64,000 bases of DNA, taken from positions 39,902-103,901 of the forward strand of contig CAVWAP010000002.1 of the NCBI GenBank assembly GCA_963753055.1, given 5' to 3'. The notes under the pieces were generated by a model. That model saw only the letters and a list, made by a program, of their open reading frames with translations, ran no database searches and was not told where the DNA came from. The stretch comes from an uncultured Bacteroidales bacterium (GTDB lineage: Bacteria; Bacteroidota; Bacteroidia; Bacteroidales; B18-G4). Both the position numbers and the translations under genes were made by a program. The first letter of the stretch is position 1. Each line of letters opens with the position of its first letter. Shown one piece after another: positions 56,710 through 64,000 of the stretch.

Positions 56710-58063
56710 AGGATACGCCCTGAATGTAAGCATTAGAATATTCCTGATCCTGGTCACGCTGACAGGTTCCGCCATTTCAATTTTATTGTTGAAATCCGAT
56801 CAGTTATTATTCACCTATCTCCTCATCCTGCTCATCTTAATCGCCCAGGTCATTGAGCTTATCAGGTATGTGCGGAGAACTAACATGGAACTTGCAAATT
56901 TTCTGAAAGGGATTAAATCAAAGGATTTTCAAATGCATTACAGGCCGGAAGGAGAAAGCGGGTCGAAAAAAGAACTCTACCAGGCCTTTAATGAAATTGT
57001 TGGAGTGATGAATGAAATTAGCCTGGAAAAGAGAGCCCAATACCTTTTTTTAAAAAGATTGGTGGGGCAAATAGAAATCGGTATCCTTATATTGGATCCT
57101 TTGCTAAATATTGAACTTATCAATGATATGGCAGAGGACCTGCTGGATATTTCCGGCCCATCAAAATGGCAGCATATACATAAAAAAGCGCCTGAATTTT
57201 CCGAAGCAGTTAAGCAGATTCTCCCTGAGGGCAGAATATTGTTGGAATCCGGAAGGGATAAGCAAATGACAGACCTTGCTATTCAGGTGGCTTCGATCAA
57301 ACTATTAGATGATCAATATACAATAATTGTTTTTCAAAATATAAGTAGCGAGGTTGATCAAAAAGTAAATGAAGCCTGGATTAAACTGATCAGGACCATG
57401 AACCATGAGATTATGAATTCTGTTACACCGATCAGCTCCTTAACGGAAACCATCCTGATGATACTCAGAAATGATAACAATGAATACAAAAGCCCCGGAG
57501 AGCTTAATAAAGAGCAAATTGCAGATGTTATTGGATCGGTGGATACGATCAGGAAAAGAGGGCAAAACCTGCTGGCCTTTGTGAATGAATACCGGAAGTT
57601 GACCAAGATTCCAAAACCAAAAATCGAAAACATCCAGCTTCAGGATTTTATGGAAGAATTGCATCATTTAATGAAAGCAGAATTCGACAGGAACAATATT
57701 CACTTTGAATTGAATATCGATCCTGTTGATTTGTGTGTTTCAGCCGATCCTGTTTTGTTGCAGCAGGTACTTCTAAATCTTATTAAAAATAGCATTGAAG
57801 CCTTAGGGGAAACAAAGGGAAAAGAAATTTCTGTTTGTGCTGGTACGGATATCAACTTAAAGCCAAACATTGAAGTCAGGGATAATGGACCAGGTATAGT
57901 AAAGGGATTGCAAAAGGAAGTTTTCGTTCCATTCTTTTCTACCAAAGATGGTGGATCCGGTATCGGGCTAAACCTGTGCAGGCAGATTATGCACCTGCAT
58001 GGAGGCTCTATCAATGTTTCTTCTGAACCCGGGCAAATGACGACATTTATGTTGAACTTTTAA
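56699..58063 (+). CDS. Sensor histidine kinase (2 TM + HisKA + HATPase_c)
   Basis: The H-box is MNHEIMNSVTPI, the N-box is LLNLIKNSIEA, G1 is RDNGPGI and G2 is GGSGIGLNLCRQI. It overlaps the regulator gene by 11 nt. Confidence 0.9.
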   Translation: MAYKGYALNVSIRIFLILVTLTGSAISILLLKSDQLLFTYLLILLILIAQVIELIRYVRRTNMELANFLKGIKSKDFQMHYRPEGESGSKKELYQAFNEIVGVMNEISLEKRAQYLFLKRLVGQIEIGILILDPLLNIELINDMAEDLLDISGPSKWQHIHKKAPEFSEAVKQILPEGRILLESGRDKQMTDLAIQVASIKLLDDQYTIIVFQNISSEVDQKVNEAWIKLIRTMNHEIMNSVTPISSLTETILMILRNDNNEYKSPGELNKEQIADVIGSVDTIRKRGQNLLAFVNEYRKLTKIPKPKIENIQLQDFMEELHHLMKAEFDRNNIHFELNIDPVDLCVSADPVLLQQVLLNLIKNSIEALGETKGKEISVCAGTDINLKPNIEVRDNGPGIVKGLQKEVFVPFFSTKDGGSGIGLNLCRQIMHLHGGSINVSSEPGQMTTFMLNF

Positions 58064-58070
58064 CCTGTGA

Positions 58071-58092
58071 CCCCTGCCTTCGCAGGGGCAGG
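58071..58092. repeat. 22-nt hairpin element cccctgccttcgcaggggcagg, copy 2, flanked by CCTGTGA on both sides
   Basis: Identical to 51748-51769. It lies between convergent gene ends. Confidence 0.9.
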
Positions 58093-58102
58093 CCTGTGAT
58101 CC

Positions 58103-60298
58103 CTAGCGTCTTCTTCCGCCGCCGCCACGGCTGCCACCGCTTGGCCTGGATCCACTACTTGGCCTGGACTGGCTCTGGTTATAATTACGTTGCTGTGTAG
58201 AACCTTGCTGACGACTCTGGTGGTTACGGTTCATTTGTTGGTTGCTTCCCGAACGATTTTCCCAGCTATTTCCTGATCGTTGCTGCCAGTTACCGTTGTT
58301 ATCCCTGCGTTGGACATTACCGTTGCGGTCGCTATATACATTATTGGGCTGATTTGATGGCCTGGTCTGGGCTCGGTTTTGGGCAGCCCCCTGGTTGACT
58401 GAGCCGGCCTGGCGGCTGGTATTTCCCGCCCTGTTTCGTGCGGCATTTGACTGTGCAGCATTATTTCGAACCCCGGTGGATTGCACACCGTTGGATCGGT
58501 TGCGGTACACATTATTGGAAGCTGCACGCGTGCTGGAAGACCTGCTACCAGCCCTGTAACCAGCTCTTGCACCGGCAGAATAACCCCGGTTATACCCATG
58601 CCGGTATCCGTGATGATAGCCCCGGTGATAGCCATGGCGATATCCGCCGCGATAACCCCGGGGTCCCCAATAGCCATATCCACCACCCATACGAACACTG
58701 AACCATCCATAGCTTACGCCAACCGAGAAGCCCCAGCCGGTCCATGGATTGTAATGGACACCAAAGCCCCAGGTGACAGGTCTTGGATAATAATAAGCCC
58801 CATACCAGGGCTGGTAATAATAACCGGTACCATAAACGACTACACCGCCATAAACATATGAGCAGGTATATCCCGGGGTATAGCCAACATAAACTACGGT
58901 AGGGGTATAATCGTAAACGTATACGTATTTCACATTATACACTGGTGATTCCGGTGGGATCTTATCCACCTCATCAGGCCGTTTAATGCTGACCTCATAG
59001 GGTCCGGTAGCTTTACTGGCCTCAAACCAGATGCCATCATCAACACAATAATAAGTGTTATCGATGAGCAAGACAGTCTTATCGCAGTTTACGGCATAAG
59101 CGACTGAAGTGCCATCAACCTTTTCAAATTTGGGATTACCATCATATTTGACTTTTACCGTTGCGGTGGCCCTGTCAACAGTTGCTGTTTGAGGGATGGT
59201 TTGCTCCAGCATAGCAGTCTTTGCTTCATCGGTTCCAGGGACACTGGACCGCACATTGGCCATGTCGCTTTCCGTTGGGATCTTGCTGAAGTCCTCCGGA
59301 AGGTCTTTTGGTTCGATAAACTGCCAGGAGCCATCTTTTAAGGTTTTAGATGCGTACCAGCGACCTGCAAGCAATACATAATAGTCCTGGGTGTTGATAT
59401 CCATTATGATATCACTCTCGGTGTTCTTCACGTAAAGAAGCGTTGTCTCATCGATCGGGGTATAATCAGGTTCACCATCAACCATTATCAATTCTGCAGG
59501 GATGGTGCTCACAATCAATTCGGGCGCTTCTGTCATGGCCATCATCACAGAATCTTCTTCTGCATCACTGTCTTCCATGACCTTATCGGCTAATTTACGA
59601 ACTTTCTTGGGGGCCTTATCAATGGATTCCCAAGCATCAACAATAGCTGGTGATGAGTACCACCATTTCCCCCCTTTGATATAATATTTTCCGCTGCTGC
59701 TTTCTTTAATGATAAAAAAAGGTGTGTTCAACACGTATTGATAACCCTGTTCTTCTGTGTCTTTCAGGATAGGCTCCCCGTCAATATAAATAAGTATCGA
59801 TGGTACTGTACGGAAGTGTATTTGGGGGGCAGCATTGTTGAAGTTTTCAATTCGATCCTTTTCCTGCTCATTTACCTCGAGTCCGGCTAACAAGCGGTCG
59901 AGCGACATTTCAAGGTCCTTTGATTCCAAATCTTCTTCTATCAGTCGGGTGAAATGCTCGATCAGCTCATCATTCTTCACCTCAGGGAAATGGACCTTGT
60001 TAATATCTATGGATTTTAATAAAACCACACGATACTCCATATCCGTTTCCATAATGGCATCAAACCAGAGAGCGCCAAAAAACAATTTATCTTCTTTTGA
60101 CTTGACCGAAAGAGCCATTCGCCCGGAGAGCACATTGTTGTCAAATGATTCAAGCTGAGGTTGATATAAGGTGACGATGGTGTTTTCAATTTCCATTTCG
60201 CGGGGCCAGGTAAGCTTATTTTCTTCTTCCTCATCTGCCATCAGGAAAAGGGTGGAGACAAGGATAAAAAAGAATGTAAGCAGGGTATTTTTATACAT
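58103..60298 (-). CDS. Secreted protein of unknown function with ~240-aa low-complexity C-terminal tail
   Basis: 731 aa with a signal peptide (FFFILVSTLFLMA). After a structured ~490-aa region, a Y/G/W segment and then a (G/Y/R/H) segment lead into an N/Q/S/R-rich tail ending in GGSRGGGGRRR. The antisense ORFs in 58231-58861 are composition artefacts. Confidence 0.65.
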   Translation of the reverse strand: MYKNTLLTFFFILVSTLFLMADEEEENKLTWPREMEIENTIVTLYQPQLESFDNNVLSGRMALSVKSKEDKLFFGALWFDAIMETDMEYRVVLLKSIDINKVHFPEVKNDELIEHFTRLIEEDLESKDLEMSLDRLLAGLEVNEQEKDRIENFNNAAPQIHFRTVPSILIYIDGEPILKDTEEQGYQYVLNTPFFIIKESSSGKYYIKGGKWWYSSPAIVDAWESIDKAPKKVRKLADKVMEDSDAEEDSVMMAMTEAPELIVSTIPAELIMVDGEPDYTPIDETTLLYVKNTESDIIMDINTQDYYVLLAGRWYASKTLKDGSWQFIEPKDLPEDFSKIPTESDMANVRSSVPGTDEAKTAMLEQTIPQTATVDRATATVKVKYDGNPKFEKVDGTSVAYAVNCDKTVLLIDNTYYCVDDGIWFEASKATGPYEVSIKRPDEVDKIPPESPVYNVKYVYVYDYTPTVVYVGYTPGYTCSYVYGGVVVYGTGYYYQPWYGAYYYPRPVTWGFGVHYNPWTGWGFSVGVSYGWFSVRMGGGYGYWGPRGYRGGYRHGYHRGYHHGYRHGYNRGYSAGARAGYRAGSRSSSTRAASNNVYRNRSNGVQSTGVRNNAAQSNAARNRAGNTSRQAGSVNQGAAQNRAQTRPSNQPNNVYSDRNGNVQRRDNNGNWQQRSGNSWENRSGSNQQMNRNHQSRQQGSTQQRNYNQSQSRPSSGSRPSGGSRGGGGRRR

Positions 60299-60466
60299 GG
60301 GAGATAGTTTTAAGGATTGGGGGTGTAAAGGTAGTGATTAAGTGATTGAGTAGATCGACAGGACTCATCTTTCATATCCTGAATATTTTATATTTTTAAT
60401 GGCTCTTACAAGAAGACTATTTCCTTTTAAAACAACATTGGCATTTAACAATTAATAATTATATAC

Positions 60467-61636
60467 ATGAAGAAATTTATTCCATCCTATCTAAGGATCA
60501 GCTCGGTAATACTGCTTGCTATTGCAGTTGCCTCATGTGGAGAAAAGAAACAGGAAGCGCCCCCCCCCCCTGATGTACCCGTAGTTGAGGTTATACAAAA
60601 GGATGTGCCTATATACCGCTCATTCGTTGGACAGGTATATGGCCATTCTGATATTCCAATCCGGGCCAGGGTTGCCGGTTTCCTGGAGGGTATTCACTTT
60701 GACGAAGGGCTGGGTGTTAAAAAAGGTCAGTTGCTCTACAGCATCGATCCTTCTGAATTTCAGTCAAAAGTTGCTACCCAGCAAAGCTATCTTGCGGAAG
60801 CGAAAACAGACCTGGCCAAAGCAAAAAGTGATCTTGACAGGATTGAACCGCTTGCCAGGATCAATGCAGTTAGCCAGAGTGACCTCGATGCTGCCCAGGC
60901 AAACTACGATGCATCGCTTTCCTATGTGGAGGCGCAGGAATCAAATCTTAGATTTGCAAACATTAATCTGAGTTATTGCTGGATCAAGTCCCCATTGGAT
61001 GGCATTATTGGCAAGACAAAGGCCCGGGTGGGTGAGTTTGTTGGAAAGGATCCCAACCCTGTTATCTTAAACACAGTATCTATCATTGATTCAATACGCG
61101 TTGAGTTTTACATTGCAGAAGCCCAGTATATTCGTTTAGCCAGGGAATCCAGGAGGATTAGAGAGTTTGATAATAGAAAAACCGTCAAAAGAGAGCCTGA
61201 CCTTAGGCTCATCCTTGCAGACGGTTCGACCTTCAAGTATAAAGGATACGTCAATTTTATTAACCGTGAGGTTGATCCGGAAACAGGTTCATTGCTTGTA
61301 CAGACTACTTTTCCAAACCCGGAATATTTATTGAGGCCGGGCCAATACGCCAAGGTTGTGATCAAATTGAAAGATGTGAAGGATGGATTATTAATTCCAC
61401 AGCGTTGTGTCATGGAGCTGCAGGGACAATATTCTGTTTATGTGGTCAATAATGAAAATAAAGTGGAGAGCAGGCAAATTGTTGCCGGAGAGACAATAGG
61501 TGATATGCTTCTGGTAAATGAAGGCCTTCAGGCTGGTGAAAAAGTTGTTATCGATGCGTTACAAAAGGTAGTTACCGGGATGGAAGTCAAGCCGGATATA
61601 ACTGTATTCGAAAGTCAATCTAACACACAATTCTAA
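60467..61636 (+). CDS. RND efflux periplasmic adaptor (membrane fusion protein, HlyD_D23/MexA-like) lipoprotein
   Basis: 389 aa with a lipobox (AVASC) and coiled-coil hairpin, barrel-sandwich and beta-barrel segments. It lies directly upstream of the RND pump. It contains an 11-C tract at 60560-60570. Confidence 0.85.
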   Translation: MKKFIPSYLRISSVILLAIAVASCGEKKQEAPPPPDVPVVEVIQKDVPIYRSFVGQVYGHSDIPIRARVAGFLEGIHFDEGLGVKKGQLLYSIDPSEFQSKVATQQSYLAEAKTDLAKAKSDLDRIEPLARINAVSQSDLDAAQANYDASLSYVEAQESNLRFANINLSYCWIKSPLDGIIGKTKARVGEFVGKDPNPVILNTVSIIDSIRVEFYIAEAQYIRLARESRRIREFDNRKTVKREPDLRLILADGSTFKYKGYVNFINREVDPETGSLLVQTTFPNPEYLLRPGQYAKVVIKLKDVKDGLLIPQRCVMELQGQYSVYVVNNENKVESRQIVAGETIGDMLLVNEGLQAGEKVVIDALQKVVTGMEVKPDITVFESQSNTQF

Positions 61637-61640
61637 GATT

Positions 61641-64000
61641 ATGGCAGAAAACAAAGGAAATTTTTTCGTTCACCGGCCCATTGTCGCCATGGTCATTGCA
61701 ATCGTAATTGTGATCGTTGGGACGGTATCATTGATCGGTCTGGCCATTGAACAATATCCAAATTTGACCCCACCCATTGTGGAAGTGAGGGGTACCTATA
61801 CTGGTGCGAATGCAATAAATGTAGAAGAATCTGTAGCTACACCCCTGGAGCAGGAAATCAATGGTGTAGATAACATGATCTACATGAAATCGACCAATGC
61901 CAATGATGGCACCATGGTTATCCAGGTATCATTTGATGTAGGTACTGACCCTGATATGAACACCGTTTTAACCCAAAACAGGGTATCGGCTGCATCTGCA
62001 AAATTGCCGCCTGACGTAACCAAATATGGTGTTACAACCATAAAGTCATTGCCCAACATTATGTTGGCTATTACACTGACATCCGATGGAAGGTATGACC
62101 AGGACTTTTTGGGCAACTATGCTTTGATCAATATTAAAGATCAGTTGGCCAGGGTTAAAGGTATTGGCCGGGTTGATGTGATGGGTGCTGCCAATTATTC
62201 AATGCGTATCTGGGTTAAACCCGATCGCCTGGCACAAATGGGCATGACTGTTCCTGAAATCGTGAATGCGATCAATGAACAGAATGTGATCGTTCCCGGA
62301 GGAAAATTTGGTGCTGAACCTGCACCACCCGGAACTGAATTTACCTATACTGTCAGATTGCCGGAGAGGTTTAACTCTGCTGAAGCATTTGAAGATATTG
62401 TTATCCGGACGAACCCTGATGGATCACAGGTAAAAATCGGCGACATAGCAACTGTTAACCTTGGAGTAGAAACCTATAATATGATTCCCCGGACAAACTC
62501 AAGAAACCTGTGCTATCATTGCACTCTACCAGTCTCCGGGATCAAATGCAGTTGAATTGGCCGAAAAGATCATCGCTGAAATGGACGAACTGGCAAAAAG
62601 TTTCCCTGAAAGTGTTACTTATGAGGTTGGACTTGATACTACGCTTCCGATTACAGCAGGAATAAAAGATATTGTAGTGACCTTAATTATTGCACTGGTC
62701 CTGGTGATATTGGTGGTATTTATTTTTATCCAGGACTGGCGGGCAACACTTATCCCCACCCTGGCTATTCCTGTATCCCTGATTGGTGCATTTATCTTTT
62801 TCCCGATGCTTGGATTTACCATCAATGTGTTATCACTCCTGGGGCTTGTTCTGGCCATCGGAATTGTGGTGGATGATGCCATTGTCGTTGTGGAAGCTGT
62901 GCAGGTGAATATTGCCAAAGGGCATGAATGCTAAAGAAGCAACCCTGGATGCCATGGCGAAAGTTACGGCCCCGGTTATTGCTACAACCCTTGTTTTAAT
63001 TGCAGTATTTATTCCTGTTGCCGGAATGGCCGGTATTACAGGAATTTTATATCAGCAGTTTGCAATCACTATTGTAGTTTCTGTAATTGTTTCATCAATA
63101 AATGCACTTACACTTAGTCCTGCACTTTGTTCCATCCTGTTAAAGGAACCAAAACCGTATAAAGGTCCTTTGGGTTGGTTCTTTGGCAAGTTCAATAAAT
63201 GGATGGATAAGAGCACGGAATCATACATGAGTGTTACTAATATAGTAACGCGTAAGATTAAGCGAAGTGTAGTATTTATTGTGATCATGACCGTTGCAGC
63301 CGGTATTTTTGGAAGACTGGTGCCAGGTGGTTTTATCCCCGAAGAAGACATGGGGTACTTCTATGTAAATATCCAGTTGCCTGATGCTGCATCACTTCAA
63401 AGAACAAGTGTTATTTCTGGAACGATATTGAAGAAATCCTGCTGGAGTATCCTGAAGTTCAATTTGTACTGAATGCAACGGGCTATAGCATGCTTACAGG
63501 GTCCATGATCCCAAATAATGGATTTATGTTCGTCACCCTGAGGCATTGGTCGGAAAGAGATATCACCGTAAAGGAAATGATTGATAAAATAAATTTCCGG
63601 TTATCCAGGGAAATAAAAGGTGCCCAGGTTTTTGCTTTTGGCCCACCCGCCCTTCCCGGCCTTGGAAACGGTTCCGGGTTTAGCATGATGATACAGGACA
63701 GGGCTGGTAATACACCTGAATACCTGTCTCAAAATGCCATGAAATTTATTAAAGCAGCCAATGCCCGGCCCGAAATCGGGAAGGCATTTACAACATTCCA
63801 GGCAACAGTACCTCAGCGGTATATGGATATTGATAAGGAAAAGGCACTTAAGCTTGGAATTAATTTGAATGACCTCTATTTAACCATTGGGGCTTTCATG
63901 GGTGGTTCGTATGTAAATGACTTTACTCGCTTTGGAAGGCTGTACAAAACATATATCCAGGCTGAGCCCGAATACCGTGTAGATGAAAGGCAGATCAGTA
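61641..64000 (+). pseudogene. RND (AcrB/HAE1-like) efflux permease interrupted by three frameshifts; continues past the window end
   Basis: AcrB-like sequence can be followed through four frames. Segment 1 is 61641-~62490 (FFVHRPIVAMVIAI...). Segment 2 is ~62490-62920 (..CAIIALYQSPGSNAVELAEKI..VVDDAIVVVE). Segment 3 is 62920-~63420 (GMNAKEATLDAM..). Segment 4 is 63421-64000 (NDIEEILLEYPEVQ...). The shifts fall at runs C4 (62487-62490), G3 (62920-62922) and GG (63419-63420). Confidence 0.75.

Noticed and set aside
58231-58861. ORFs 58231..58710 (minus), 58438..58701 and 58481..58861 (plus) inside the 731-aa gene
   Set aside because: They lie in alternative frames of a strongly biased low-complexity region, where such ORFs arise from composition.
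62487-63420. Programmed ribosomal frameshifting in the RND pump gene
   Set aside because: There are three shifts in different directions, with no slippery heptamer or downstream structure. Pseudogenisation or homopolymer error is far more likely.

Overview
The window looks like a Bacteroidota-type chromosome segment. I infer this from type IX secretion (T9SS) C-terminal sorting domains on at least seven secreted proteins, the gene string coaX / beta-barrel OMP / TPR / lptC / CNNM(GldE-like) / ppiD-like, an XrtF-like exosortase, and TAnnTTTG-like -7 boxes. It holds about 50 protein genes and one tRNA. I found no rRNA, CRISPR array or transposase. The left part (1-19.8 kb) is housekeeping (mreB, purH, coaX, lptC) mixed with T9SS cargo genes and stand-alone FtsX/MacB-type permeases. 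The centre (19.9-33.7 kb) is accessory. It contains a DUF4143-type AAA ATPase cassette flanked by an exact 42-bp direct repeat, and a MACPF plus beta-prism lipoprotein. It also contains a 10.3-kb integrative island in the 3' end of tRNA-Phe(GAA), bounded by an exact 16-bp direct repeat, with the original tRNA terminator displaced to the far side. The island carries a tyrosine integrase, an excisionase-like HTH protein, two T9SS cargo genes that show cassette replacement, and a PD-(D/E)xK (Mrr-like) nuclease fusion. Its most unusual gene is a stand-alone 456-aa protein with hand-readable family-A polymerase motifs. The right part (33.8-64 kb) carries an ArnC/ArnT-like membrane glycosylation operon bracketed by two copies of a ~160-170-bp palindromic repeat, and an XrtF-like exosortase. 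It also carries peroxiredoxin plus a Fur-family regulator, further T9SS cargo, and a Wza/Wzc pair with a 16-tyrosine (GY)n tail. Beyond these lie an orphan ZnuA-like binding protein, an NtrC/histidine kinase pair, and a secreted protein with a long disordered G/Y/R/N/Q tail. The last genes are an RND adaptor with an 11-C tract and an RND pump broken by three frameshifts. The non-coding DNA is dominated by short tandem 'word' repeats (7-10-mers such as GGTGAAG, GATATCTGA, CAGTGAACA, CCAGATA, ATTGTAAA, CTCAATA, ATTGACCA) that pair into hairpins. One such hairpin encloses a four-helix-bundle (23S rRNA IVS-protein family) gene, and the same words occur in frame inside T9SS C-terminal domains. All functional calls come from reading the translated ORFs by eye; no database search was run.
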